A stretch of 63,192 nt of DNA, filler included, from Folioceros fuciformis (taxonomy: Eukaryota), in NCBI GenBank assembly GCA_049999805.1. It is 13 parts of 13 records of this genome, joined end to end, with 100 filler letters (N's around TTAATTAATTAA, not from the genome) between each part and the next. Parts side by side here need not be neighbours in the genome. Positions count along the whole stretch, not along the records: positions 11,985 to 24,803 come from JBNGIO010003586.1; positions 24,904 to 32,385 come from JBNGIO010003587.1; positions 32,486 to 40,464 come from JBNGIO010003589.1; 10 more parts are not named here. The stretch is one strand, 5' to 3'. The notes below the pieces were generated by a model, which had not been told where the DNA came from, did not search any database, and saw only the letters and a program-made list of their open reading frames with translations. The translations under genes were made by a program, and so were the position numbers. This document shows, one piece after another, positions 24,051 through 37,297 of the stretch (position 1 is the first letter of the stretch; each line of letters starts with the position of its first letter).

Positions 24051-24903
24051 AAGAAATTATAAAGCACAAGAAGCTAATGATGATTTCAATAATTGTTGGT
24101 CTTCATGTAACCACTACACATTATTGTGGAGCTCATAGCCACGATCAAATGTCTCTTCGGACATTTGCTAGAATTACGCCAGAAAGAAACAAAGTCTTAA
24201 AACCTCTATGGACTCATATTTATTCATAGTCTCTATATTTAGTTTTCCTATACGATGAGTATCAACCATAACTTGGATATAAGTTTACATAACTTTACAT
24301 TTATTGACATGATTACTTTTTAGTTTGATTAATCTTTAGTTTGTCATGTGGGTAACTAAATTGCATTGACTATTTATTACATGACTAACCTTTAGTTTGT
24401 TATATGGTGAATTAAATTGCATTAAAAATGCCTTGACTAATTTTTAGTGGTTTCTTTCCATTTGCTAATTGATTGGTCTAGTTCAATTCAACCTAATTTG
24501 ATCATCAAATTTTGTATTCATAGATCTTTAATATTTTATGTGAATTGAAATTTAAATAGATCATAATTTACATTAATTACCTAACATCAATCCAAATTAT
24601 TTCATATCACATAGTCTTTTTCTGGTGGATACAATGTATAATGTGACATATGACATTCTAACTAAAACGTTCTTCTCTCTTTTCTCAATAAAATATATAA
24701 TATATTTGAAAATTTATAAAATTAATTTTTAATCAAAATTTATTGTATATTATTATAGAGTTATTGATTGTATATTGAACACTACAAGTAGGATATAACC
24801 CATNNNNNNNNNNNNNNNNNNNNNNNNNNNNNNNNNNNNNNNNNNNNTTAATTAATTAANNNNNNNNNNNNNNNNNNNNNNNNNNNNNNNNNNNNNNNNN
24901 NNN

Positions 24904-26466
24904 AGCTAGGACTGTGGAAGGTGGGGTGGAGGGAGTGGCAGCACTTGGTGCCGTTCTCGCAGGAGACTCGGCCGCCACCTGCTGTGCTCTGAAGAATGCG
25001 TTGGCGTCCATGGTGTATATGATGCGGGCGCTGCAGAGCTACTCTGTGTACATGCGGGAGGTGCTGTTCGCGCACGCGGATGCCGACAGTCAGGAGCTGG
25101 CAGCCTTGGTGGGCAAGGAGATGCATGGCTCTGTGCTTTGGCTGTTCGAGCGAGTTTACTCCTGCTCGCCAAAGCTCATGGTGTCGCTCATGATTCTGCT
25201 GGCCAACTTCACGGTCTTCTCCATGGGGAGTAATGTTGCCAGAGCTACTCCGGTGGAGGAGTCTACAGTGTCCATGACGCCGGCACTAGTAGACTACAGT
25301 TTGGGTTCGGGGGAACATGATATGTCGCCTTCGAAGGACTCCGGGAGCAGCCCACAGGCTCAGTCCGACTCTGTACCATATCNNNNNNNNNNNNNNNNNN
25401 NNNNNNNNNNNNNNNNNNNNNNNNNNNNNNNNNNNNNNNNNNNNNNNNNNNNNNNNNNNNNNNNNNNNNNNNNNNNNNNNNNGTCCGACTCTGTACCATA
25501 TCCTTTCAGTGGCCCGTCACTGCGCAATTGCGCTGCCTCTGATCTCACGGCCTCCTACCATTCATCGTCTAGGTTTGGCTCAGGTGGGAGCCACAGTAGG
25601 AGTGTACCAGTAGCAGGATCGCATGGTGGTGACTTTGGCAACGGAGGCTCGTTCCAGCACAGACCCGGGCTTCCGCAGGATGAGCCCAGTGCCAGCATGT
25701 TTGTCGACTCCTCAGGAGCTGAGCATCTCAACTTGCTGGCTGCCAGCGAGTGGCTGGCGGAAGACGAAGAAGAGGCCAGCAAGGTTGGGGTTACCCTGGC
25801 GGTATCCACTTCCGAGGCTACGGTGTCCACCGCCTCGCACCTTGCCAAGCCCGAACCTTCTCTGAAACAGCTCCTGGATGAGACGGTGAAGGAGCTGGAG
25901 CTCAGGAGCGGGGAACCCTACCACCATGTGTATCTCGACCAGGAGACTATCCGTAGATTAGTTGCCCCGGTTACCGTAAAGATGGAGAGAGACGACTATA
26001 TCTGCTTCGATCGTACTGATCTGGAGTATCAGCATGCGATCGGGGCTGAGCCCAGCAATCCTCTGCTGCTTGCAAACTATGCACAGTTTCTATACGTGGT
26101 ACGCCATAAGAACGACAGGTAACATCGTTGTTCCTCAGGTGCTGTACTTTCTGCTCCTGTAGTACTTTTCCATGCAGACTTAAGCACACACATGCTGATG
26201 CAAATCTTGTACCATGCGTTTTGGCCGTGTGCAGCGCCGAGGCATTGTTTCACAGGGCTCTTGATGCAGATCCAGTTGATGGAGAAGTCATCGGGCGGTA
26301 CGCCAGCTTTTTGTGGCTTGCTCGAGGTGACTGTGCAGGTGCGGAGAGGGCCTACAAAGCTGCCATCGCCTTGGAACCCTCCAACCCCTACCATGCAGGG
26401 AGTTATGCCCATTTCCTGTGGCATTCCGAAGAAGACAGTGCCTGCATCATGAGCCCCATGACCTGA
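24904..26466 (+). CDS. Plant TPR-repeat protein, 5' truncated, intron ~26119..26234
   Basis: EMHGSVLWLFERVYSCSPKLMVSLMILLANFTVFSM, LVAPVTVK, and TPR helices NPLLLANYAQFLY, AEALFHRAL, YASFLW, YAHFLW. Confidence 0.85.
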
Positions 26467-27019
26467 GTCATAGATCAGTGTCTCGGAAGTACACTGTTTT
26501 CTCTTTTTTTTTCTCTCTGCTTTCGAGTTCGATGCGCAAGTGAGCGTCAACTTAGCGAGCTGTACAGTAAGCCACGTATCCGACTGAAGGTGATGGTGGT
26601 GCCAATACGTACAGGGAAGCTCCGCTGTTTGTTGTGACTGGGAAGATTTGTTGTGCAAGCACCACAGTATGTCGATATTGTTGGGTCCCTCCACTATTTT
26701 TTTTCAAGTGAAGAATGGTAGCTGTGTGCATTCAATACAGGCTACTGTAATGTAGGTTCGATCTTCTTTCCATGTTGTTACTTTTCATGTGAAGCCTATG
26801 GAATAAAGTAGATTCCTAGAGCATGCTATCTCTGTTGGAGAGTGCGTTCGGCGCCGGAAGCCCAGGTCACGGGAAGTACAAAAATGTTACATCAACAACG
26901 TGAGTTCTAAGTGACCATAGCTTTCGCATTATTCACAATTTGCGCAACGATTTCTAGGCCGGCCATATGGGTGACAGGTACTTGACAGAATCAACAAACT
27001 TAAGCTTCGGAGCAAGGTG

Positions 27020-29882
27020 TCATGGGCAATTTCCCACGAGGAAAGGAGATCCGTAAGGGGCAGCTAGACCCAAGAACCGCATTATCCTAATGCGCCGCAA
27101 CTTCTTTTCAGGTCTCCTGTGTCCAATATCCTCCTCCTGCACCACAGACATCGCAACTAACCAATAAAGACGCCTGATGCTACCCCTACCAGGGCAAAGA
27201 GAAATAACTCAAAAACTTGCTGTGTAGCTGGCCTCGCTAATTACAAGGATCACACCTTTAGGCTCCGTTCTTTGACCTTAGCTCCCTTTTTTCTGCCACC
27301 GGCGGTATGACATACCTCGAACTGGACCTTGGGTTTCCGCGTTCTTGAAGCCCTTCGCTTTTCGGGTTCCCCGTTCTCAGATTTTGCGTGTACAGAACCA
27401 TCTTGAGACCCCTTCGTCGTCCCTGCAGGAACGGAATCTGCATGAGCATCCGTCGACAAAATACTACGTTATTTGGTAGCAAGTTCAGAACGTTTCTAAC
27501 CATTAGCGTCTGCTTTTTGAGAGCTCTGCTCTGACTCGGACGCCGGGCCATCCCAGTTCAACGGTAGTTTTCCTGAAGTCCGGAACTCTACGGCCTGCAT
27601 GCAAGGTTCGACCCCACGACGTAAGCGCCGAACAATCAGCACAGGTTATGATTTAACCACACTGAACAGGGAGGGGATCATACCTCTTGCACTCCTTTTG
27701 CCAATAACTTTTTCCGTGTTCGAGACCTCTCTTGTAGCTTCTGTCATCTCAAAGTATGTTCAGCACATTAGCAACTGTTTCCTTTTTCAGGTACTGAGAA
27801 GCCCAGACTCGGCATAGCTTACCACATCGAATTTCGACAAGCCCGTATTGGGATCCACCCAAGCACTGTAAGTTAGCCAAACCACAACTTGTTCAGCTCG
27901 CCAGTCTGAACAGTAAAGCAGATCAGCATATAAAACAAGAGCCTATCTATTTGTTGATTCCCCCGATCGAGGATTGGAAGAACATACAAGACAAGAGCAG
28001 TCACGGAGGGCATTAGAGCACAAACTGGTCATAGGTGCCGAAGAAGCGCACCGCAAGATCATGTGCTGCATGTTTATCGCCTTTAAAGTCGTCATTTAGA
28101 TCTCTCTCATCCCGTACCTGCGTTCAAATTTTGCCCATCCTTGTTTGTCCTTGATGCCTCTTTCTAACCAGACATTGCGTGTACAGACATTGGCAACCAA
28201 GAAAAGTACCTGAGCAGGCCACCAGGGGAAACGGCCAAACTTTGCCCAAACAACTTCACCCGGAGCAAATAGAACATTTGGACTAGTTCCCTCTTCAGTA
28301 CCTGGAACGTCAACCTCTATACCTGCTGACATACGAGTATCTTCCCCTGGGGACCTGAACGCTACAACAGCCATGTGAGCAAAACATATCGCCCCTCCGG
28401 AAACACCCGAACGCCCACCCAAGAGGCTGGAGGCAAACCTTTCCTGCGAATCATGGCCATTGGCAGCCCTATCATCGTCAGAACGGTATTCTAATTTGGC
28501 AGGCCCCCGATGACCTCCAAACCCTTCCAATCCTCGATCAGGGCTAGCACTGGTCGCGTCTGCGTTGGACCCATCCTTATCTCCTTCGTAGTCATCACCT
28601 GTTTCCAAGCATTTCAGCACAACAGAGTTAGCCAACAAGCACCTTGCCCATAAATAGTCGGGACCTCCACCCCAGCGAGGGATCACCCTTCTCAACGGAA
28701 CGTGCACACACATCACTTGCTTGCATGACAGTCTGCAACTGGTTTCAACATATCCAGCCGCTAGCTGCAAACTTGATTGCATACAGCACATCGGGCCCTT
28801 GTTCCACGAAGTTAGGATTAAACAGGACAATGACATCGAACAAACAAGGAGCCGACGTGAATGAAACACCGAAGAGAGAGGGAGACAGTGCCCTGAACAA
28901 GACAACATTCTGCATCCTCTGACTCCGATGTTGCATTCAATCATCATTCAGCGAGGAACATAACAAGCTCTTCTCGTTGACGCAAGTCTCACGTTTTGGC
29001 AAACACGTCACTTTCCATCTACTTATCTTCATCCCAGAAAAGCAATCTAACCTTCTGAGCCTGTCAAGTGTGCTTGTTCTTCCATGCCATCCTCCCGCCA
29101 ATCCATGCCTTGTTCTTTGCCAGGTTCTTTATCCCTCTCTGTTCAAATTTCAACCAACTCCCTCTCATCACATATTCTCAGCCACAGCGCAATGACCCCG
29201 CACAGACTCCCCACCAACTTTTCTACAACCCGTACAAAGTAAGAGGACAGTATCTGGTCCCCATTGAGCAGGGTCCCCAGAGTACAAGAGCCTCAGGAGA
29301 CACACCCTCTACAGACCTACAACAAGGTAAGCACTATACACCTCCTCAGCATCCTTTCACTGAATTAGCGTCACAGCCCATTCAGAAAGACCGCAGCAAA
29401 CAAACAGCACCAGGCCTGCCAAGTGAAGCCGTGCTCCGCGATGGTGCCTGACCTGCTTGGGTCACTAACCAGGCTGTTTTCACCAATTCATGTTCCGGGG
29501 TGAAATTGCGCAATACGTTCACCAACAACAGCCGGGCGTGAACGCACTCCCAACAGAGCTACATCCAATGATGCTGCTCTCCAGAAAAAGTGGAGAATGG
29601 GAACCCAGACACCGTAAGAAACAACCGATTCAGGCATGGACAGCACAATTCCCTGGTCCTCTGCAGATGCAAATTGGCAATTCAGAGGCAACCACACGGA
29701 CGCAGGCAGATGAAAAAACCTCGCAAGTCGATCACATGGTTCTCGTAGCTGTCGGAGTCGTAGGCAGGAGAAGCCCTTTCTGGAGCCTGCGCACCTGCTC
29801 CTGCTGCTCTACCACCGCCCTTCCCGAGGGCCCTTTGTTGTTCCTCCTCCTGCTGCTCACCTGGCGGGCTCCCTCTGCGCAT
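27020..29882 (-). CDS. PWWP-domain protein with many short exons
   Basis: FAPGEVVWAKFGRFPWWPAQ / LAVRFFGTYD / AWVD / AKGVQE|AVEF and C-terminal RRIRIMRFLGLAAPYGSPF...CP*. Acidic N-terminal exons back to ATG 29882 are less certain. Confidence 0.8.
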
Positions 29883-29951
29883 GTCTGCACTGCCTACCAG
29901 CTTGGACTGGATGCTGGGGCAGGAGACTCTGGAAACGATGCTACCTCACCA

Positions 29952-30255
29952 CTTTATATACGCGCTGCTGGGAGATGGTGGCCAACAAGCGCAAGCTGTT
30001 CGTTAGCAAATGTATTCGACTCACTCTTCGCGGGTTATATTTCCGCGTTAGTTCGACTCACTCTTCGCGGGTTATATTTCCACGTTAGTTAAACTCCTAG
30101 TCTTGGAACATGAACACGAGGAATTCTATTAGAGTCCACATGGACTTGGCCCATATTTCCACGTTAGTTAAACTCCAAGACCTTTCCACGTTAGTTAAAC
30201 TCCCAGTCTTGGAACATGAACACGAGGAATCGAGTCCACGTGGACTCGGCCCATA
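29952..30255 (-). promoter_or_regulatory. PWWP gene promoter: TATA box plus duplicated ACGT/G-box modules
   Basis: TATATAAAG at 29960..29952, four TTCC(A/G)CGTTAGTT copies, and the perfect palindrome CGAGTCCACGTGGACTCG at 30231..30248. Confidence 0.55.
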
Positions 30256-30316
30256 ATCCGGCTCGCGACAATCCACGCATAGTTCGGCTGGCGGAAGTAT
30301 TAAAAGACAAAACACT

Positions 30317-30397
30317 TGTTGACAATGGGATTCGAACCCATGCCCTTTCGGACCAGAACCTTAATCTGGCGCCTTAGACCAACTCGGCCATGTCAAC
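30317..30397 (-). tRNA. tRNA-Leu (anticodon AAG)
   Basis: GTTGACA acceptor stem, A-box TGGCCGAGTTGGTCTAAGG, anticodon arm CCAGA-TTAAGGT-TCTGG, long variable arm, B-box GGTTCGAATCC. Confidence 0.97.
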
Positions 30398-31712
30398 TTC
30401 GATGCTTACAGCGGAATAGTAATTAATATAATTCACTTTATTTTAAAACCGTTTTGTATTTTCGGGTCTGTATTCAGCTCTGAAAGACTCTGGCCCATTT
30501 TGATTGCTGTATAATTAAGCTGTCGCTGCTAACTTTTTACATACAACAAGAAGTTATTATTGACATTTAATTATTCATATCTTGTACTTTATGATACACC
30601 ATTTTGGTTTGTCCTCATGACCCATCATACTTTGAAATTTCTAGTCATGGAGAGTTTTTTGAGACACTAGAGTCCATCCAATCCAAGCAGCTAACGTGGT
30701 ATGAATCATTGAGTTTATTGAGGTCACTTACTCCAAGCTATTATTCTTCTCTTCCTTCTTGTTCCAAAAATCATTCAAGTCACAAAGATAGAAAGTAATA
30801 ATCCTTTATGCTTTTCTAACATACTTTGTTTGTAGGAAAGACAAGGAATACATGTGTGCAGAATAGTTGTTAAGCTTTTGCAAAATATGTATACATTTTC
30901 TCGGACTCATTTGAATAATATTATGGCATAAATATATTCATATCTTTTTGGGCAATTTGGATGGATCATGGAAGTTAGGATGTTGCGAAGACGTCTTGAA
31001 ACGTGAGATGTAAATGTTTGATCAATTGCATGAAGAAAATAAAATTGAATGCCAAAACTAAGCGTAAGCGTCCCATTTTTTATGAGAGAGTGAGGCTGAA
31101 TTGCATGAACCCGAACCCGGCTTAAAAACACATGAGGTGGCAAAAAGGACAAGATCAAGCCACACTAAATACAGTAAAGTAACTGGTTCCAAGTAGAGAT
31201 GTTTCCCAGGTTCATTTTTGGGAACGTGAGAAATCCTTCAGGTCAAACGAAATCGGGTTACCAGAACGGTAGTAAATCCCGTGCACAACATCTGTATGAA
31301 ATATGGGGTCGGGTCTTTATGGAAACTACATTGAACTCAAAACCCCCATTACTTCTAGTTTTCTAGGGTACAAGTGAGGCGTTTTGGAGTGCAAAGATGC
31401 TTTGCGGTCGTGAATGTGCAATGTTTTTGTTGTACAATACAACCTAGATTTTGTACCCAGAGCGAATCATGTGGCCTCTATCTTTGAAGGTAGTACTGGG
31501 AGAATCACAATGCTCTCCTCCAATTGTCCATGGAGGAAATCATAACCTTGGTTTGCAATGGATGCCTAACACAATAGGCACAAGTGTGAACAGTCAGCAA
31601 AATGTCCTAGCCACTCATTTTGAATGGCAAGATGCACAACCTACATAGCAAGTGGACTCTCCTTGGCTGATGTCTCAAGTTCCTTGCAATATCACTACTA
31701 CAAACCGACTTT

Positions 31713-32385
31713 ATGCACCTAGAAGAAAATAGTGGCAAGAAGACGAAAGGAGCAAGAAAGTTTAAAAATGCCACTAGCTATACTAGGGAACCACTGGCAA
31801 ACAAGAGATGGGAGAAAGCTAACCTTCTTACGATGATTGCAGCAAGAAAAGAGGACGTGGTCAAATATAGAGAAGGAGGTACCAAGGAGCGAATGATGAC
31901 AAGTGAAGCTTGTTGGGCTGCAATATCAGTTGCATATGCAACCTTATGGATCTTCAAAACTAACAAGCAATGTAAGCTACTAGGAAGCTAGGAAGCTTTG
32001 ATGACAAACTTCAAAAAGGTGCAAGACTGGGAGAGGCCTGGCAGTCATTCGGGAAGGTCAAGCTGTTGGGCTATGGAGAAGGGGGAACGAGAGGCACATA
32101 AACTCCCCCAAGCTATGAGTAGAACACTATACGATGCTATGCCTAGCTTCTGCCACAACAAAGCAATGAATAGCTACAAAACTATGGACAACAACAGCAA
32201 AAGAAGGCAAGCAAATGCTAACAATACCACTGACATGGAAACTGACACCCCCATGCAAGCAAATAGTGAATCTAGGAGTGGCAAACCAAGGAAACTAAAA
32301 GGACAAAATGGAGCCTTGTACCTTTATTTGAGAAGAACTGTGCAAAACAGATGGATTCACCAAGAGCTAACGAGGAGTCCAAACA
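31713..32385 (+). pseudogene. Trihelix (Myb/SANT-like) DNA-binding pseudogene, possibly PIF/Harbinger ORF1-derived
   Basis: RWEKANLLTMIAARK...WAAIS...QCK...[TAG]EALMTNFKKVQDWE...WAMEKGEREAHKLP. The two listed ORFs are one frame split by TAG at 31989-31991 where a conserved Trp (TGG) is expected. Confidence 0.7.
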
Positions 32386-32519
32386 NNNNNNNNNNNNNNN
32401 NNNNNNNNNNNNNNNNNNNNNNNNNNNNNTTAATTAATTAANNNNNNNNNNNNNNNNNNNNNNNNNNNNNNNNNNNNNNNNNNNNGGTCTGCTCACATTC
32501 TGGACTTGGTTCTGTTTAG

Positions 32520-35164
32520 GCCGGCGTGGACAAGTTGGCGAACTTGGTTGGAGTCACTCTTGGACCTAAGGGGCGGAATGTGGTGCTGGAAAGCAAGTAT
32601 GGCTCTCCCAAGATTGTGAACGATGGTGTGACCGTTGCCAAGGAGGTGTGTGGGTTGCGGTTTTCTGGGCAGAATGTTTGTTCATGCTGGGAGGGGACGT
32701 TTTTCCTGAGGTATCTGGCGTTCATTCATTGTAGGTGGAGCTGGAGGATCCAGTGGAAAACATTGGGGCTAAGCTTGTGAGGCAGGCTGCTGCTAAGACT
32801 AATGACCTGGCTGGAGACGGAACAACCACTTCCGTGGTGCTTGCGCAGGGGCTGATTGCGGAGGGTGTCAAGGTGCCCCCCAATTTCCGACGTTCTGGGA
32901 TGATCATTTGTGTCTGTATTGGAGGAGTGTGGTGTCACATGTTTTCGAGTTCGCGCTCACTGCCAGCAATTGTGCCCTCCAGGTTGTTGCAGCTGGTGCC
33001 AATCCTATTCAGATCACCCGGGGTATCGAGAAGACGGTAGCTGCTCTTGTGCTGGAACTGAAGAACATTGCCAAGGATGTGAGTTTCATATCTGTAATGT
33101 TCCTTCCGTGACAGCTGCTTCCATCTATCAGTTCTAGACTGCTGATGTGGGTGCCGTCGCTCTCTGCACCATTCCATGCAGGTCGAGGACAGCGAGCTGG
33201 CAGATGTCGCTGCCGTGAGTGCAGGGAACAATGAGGAAGTCGGTCTCATGATTGCCGAGGCCATGAGCAAAGTTGGACGGAAAGGTGTCGTCACCCTCGA
33301 GGAAGGGAAGAGTGCAGAGAACAACCTGTATGTGGTTGAGGGTATGCAGTTCGACAGAGGTTACATCTCTCCGTACTTCGTGACGGACTCAGAGAAAATG
33401 TCGGTGGAGTACGACAACTGCAAGGTGCTTGTCTGTCCACCATGTGTTCATGTGTCATGTAGTCCAGCTTTCCGCGTAGAGCTCAAGGGTTGCGGCGTTG
33501 TGGTCGCAGCTTCTCATTGTGGACAAGAAGATCTCAACAGCCCGGGACATGATCGGAATCCTGGAAGATGCCATTCGGGGTGGATACCCACTTCTGATCA
33601 TTGCGGAAGACATCGAGCAAGAAGCCTTGGCCACTTTGGTGGTTAACAAGCTACGAGGCGCACTGAAGGTGGCCGCACTTAAAGCCCCTGGATTCGGGGA
33701 GCGGAAGTCACAGTACTTGGACGACATCGCGTGCTTAACTGGAGGTGACTACCAGTACTGGATGCTTCTTCTGCAGTGCAGCGCATCCCTCATCTACTCA
33801 CTCTTGTGACTGGTGCTCCCTTGACAGGAACCGTGGTCAGAGACGAAGTGGGTTTGTCCCTGGACAAGGTGGGCAGGGAGGTCCTTGGCACTGCTGCGAA
33901 GGTTGAAATCACGAAGGACGCTACCACAATAGTCGGTGATGGAAGCACCCAAGACGTAGTTGAGAAGCGTGTGGCACAAATTCGGAACCTGATCGAGGTG
34001 AGATTTCTCACGTATCCATCAGTGGTGAGAAGTCTGGTGCACCAGGGCATCCCGTGTGCAAGTCATCTGGCTGACAAATGATGAATCTTCTGTTTATTCA
34101 GAACGCCGAGCAAGAATATGAGAAGGAGAAGTTGAATGAGAGGATTGCCAAGCTTTCAGGCGGAGTGGCCATCATTCAGGTGAGGCATCCAACTGGGTCA
34201 CAGGGGGGATCAAGTTTTTGTAGCCAATGCGCCTCGATGTCGGAATTCAAGTTTCGCCTCTTGCCTGCCCCAGGTTGGAGCCCAAACCGAGACAGAGTTG
34301 AAGGAGAAGAAGCTACGAGTGGAAGATGCACTCAATGCCACCAAGGTCTGCTGCACTTCCCTCGTCATGTTATGAACCCATCCATCTGAATTCCAGTCAT
34401 GGTCTTTGTAGGGAGGGCCGATCTCCTTCAGCCCCCTCATGTCATCTAACCGTCGTGCTTCATTCCACTGGCTGCAGGCTGCTGTGGAGGAAGGAATCGT
34501 TGTCGGTGGTGGATGCACCCTTCTGAGACTCGCTGCCAAAGTGGAAGGGATCAAGTCATCGTTGGAAAACGACGAGCAACGCGTAGGTGTCCCGCCTTCA
34601 CTGTCCGGACATCTTCACCCCGGTCCATCAACTTCTTACGCTTCCCATGGTTCATCACCTGCCAGGTTGGCGCGGACATCGTGAAGAGAGCCCTAAGCTA
34701 TCCACTCAAGTTGATAGCCAAAAACGCAGGAGTGAACGGCAGTGTGGTGGTGGAGAAGGTCCTGTCCAACGACAACCCTAATTACGGCTACAACGCGGCC
34801 ACCGACACATATGAAGACCTGATGGCCAACGGCATCATCGACCCGGCCAAGGTACACAGCCATCTCTCTCCACGCTCAGCCCTCCTGGGTAATCTCAGCA
34901 CCGAAACTCATCACCGTAACCAAACATGCAGGTCGTGAGATGCTGTCTGGAGCACGCGGCCTCCGTGGCGAAGACATTCTTGACGTCAGACTGTGTCGTG
35001 GTCGAGATCAAAGAACCCGAGGCAGCTGTACCTGCTGGAAACCCCATGGACAACTCAGGTACGTCATCCAGCTCACGTCAAAAGCTGGTAAACCAGTTCT
35101 GCCTCCACTGAGAGGACGGTGGCCTCATACTTCTCATCGCGTGCATACAGGATACGGGTACTGA
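32520..35164 (+). CDS. CPN60B: Chloroplast chaperonin 60 beta subunit, multi-exon, 5' truncated
   Basis: [62 protein letters not shown], and beta-type end [13 protein letters not shown]. Confidence 0.96.
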
Positions 35165-35802
35165 GCGTTGAGGAAACGAGGATGAAGTCGGAACAACGAT
35201 TTTGTACCATGTGATGAGGATGGAATCTCGGCCCTGTTGTCTTCCGGTATGGAGGTGTTCTTCCACACCATCTTCCATCGGGAGTTTGAGTCTTAGATAG
35301 TAAATTGATCAACAACCGTAGACAAGCTAAATGCTTTCTATCTCAAATTTTTCCGACAGCAAAGTGCGCTCACCAGAATCCGTGGATTAAACATGAACAA
35401 TCTCCTGAAGCCCATGTCTCGTACACGATCGATCACGAGGACGGAAAGTGGAACTTGCTGAAGGAGGCATTCCCAGTCTGCGATGTAGCATCCGATTGGA
35501 TGTCAAACGGATGCCTGTCTAGCTAGTAAGCAGCGCGAACTGGTCCGTTCATTGTAGAGGTCTTCTGTCTGCATTTTGGAGCCTACCATGTGAACATCGT
35601 GGTGAACATTTTATTTTTGAACTGAGAAAATATAAATTGTGAAAACAGGACAAAGAATTTTTCCTGTATTCATGGAATGAAGAAAACAGGACAATGAATG
35701 CAGCGTTACAGAAAGGGAATTACAAGATGTTTAGATCATGTGAGAAAAACTGCTTTATTTAGATTAGACCGGGAAAGGTCTTATTTTTATTTATACTATC
35801 TA

Positions 35803-36331
35803 CTAATAAAATAAAAATGTTTCATAGCGTATAGAACAATCTACAGTTTGGAAATAAGCACCATGTGCATTTCCACACCGAGAGAAGGGCTGGTTTGCAA
35901 TGTTCTGAAGACAAGCAACACAATTTTGTGCATACTTTAGTTCAGGCCTACAACCTGCTTGGATGTAAACTGTAGAATATGTACTATCACTCAATTGAGA
36001 AACCACAGTTTCTTCTCCAACTCGCGAAATATCGTAGATTTTGTTGTTTATAATGTGTTGAATCGAAGTTTGAATGGCCGAAGTGTCAACAATTGTTGCT
36101 CCACTTGCACATCTTNNNNNNNNNNNNNNNNNNNNNNNNNNNNNNNNNNNNNNNNNNNNNNNNNNNNNNNNNNNNNNNNNNNNNNNNNNNNNNNNNNNNN
36201 NNNNNNNNNNNNNNNTCAAAAGGAGGTGGACAACAAACTTGAGCTGCATGGATTGAAATGTTTGAAATGAGGACATGAAAGCAAGAGATAAGTAACAAAA
36301 TTCGCAGTAGATCCTTGAATCTTAATGCCAT
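35803..36331 (-). CDS. Secreted single-domain Gnk2/DUF26 cysteine-rich protein (gap inside)
   Basis: Signal peptide MALRFKDLLRILLLISCF..., then GCRPELKYAQNCVACL...CGNAHGAYFQTVDCSIRYETFLFY*. Confidence 0.8.
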
Positions 36332-37297
36332 GGTGGAGTGATTGTATGAAGAGATATTGCAAGTATGTTATGCAAATAGTGAGCAGCATAACAAGAAGGA
36401 GATGGATTTGTAATAGATAAGAAGGCCAAATTTATACACACCCAAAGAGATGACATAAGACGATAAAGACAAATAGGATCACTTTGTATGTCGTCAGCAC
36501 TAATATAGTTCAACTTTCAATCAAGTCTTGTTCAACACCTATGTCATATGGTGTGATATCTTCTAAAGGCTTTGGGTGTGAAAGTGCAATAGAGCAATCC
36601 AAATCCTAGGATAATCTCTTTAAAAACATTTTGGTCACCTAAAATGGTATTTTGCTGGAATGTAGTCATATATCATCATTATACTCTCATGCTTACATAT
36701 TCCACATATCATAAGCTTTTTTATTTATTCATAATTTTAAGTATTTTAATTTAAAATTATTTAAAATCTAATAATTTGAATATTAAATATGATTATTATT
36801 TTTATCCTCCTTTGGTTTATTTTGTGAAACCATACTGCCTTCACCTCATACTCATCTTTCTGAGCACATAAAAGTGAAGTTAGATTACCATAAAGTATAA
36901 TACAACATCATGGTCGTGACACTAGATCTAGCTTCTTTGAACTTTGTCCTTAAAGTAATCAGCTCCAAAAAAATCCTACTTATGTGATAACTTAAAATAA
37001 CTAATAATTAAACCAGTATGAATACCACGTTAACTAACAATATGTGGATTAAATAGTTTGTTAATGGGCAGCTAGGCATAAGCACATACTCTTGAAAAAC
37101 TAAGCTTGCAAGAGGGAGCATGACTAAGTTACTTTTGGTTGTACTATATGATATGTCTTATAAGGAATTGGCGACAGTTCCAACCAAATTTCTCTCACAA
37201 AATTTGTAGGATCTTATAAAAGTTTGCCATAAGAGAATTGTGTCCAAAAGTGCGGCTGTTCTCATCTTTGTCCCATCTATTATATGTTTGTCTATTT

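Noticed and set aside
29682..29882. Independent 66-aa small peptide gene
   Set aside because: Better explained as exon 1 of the PWWP gene (donor after HVIDLR, further acidic exons downstream).
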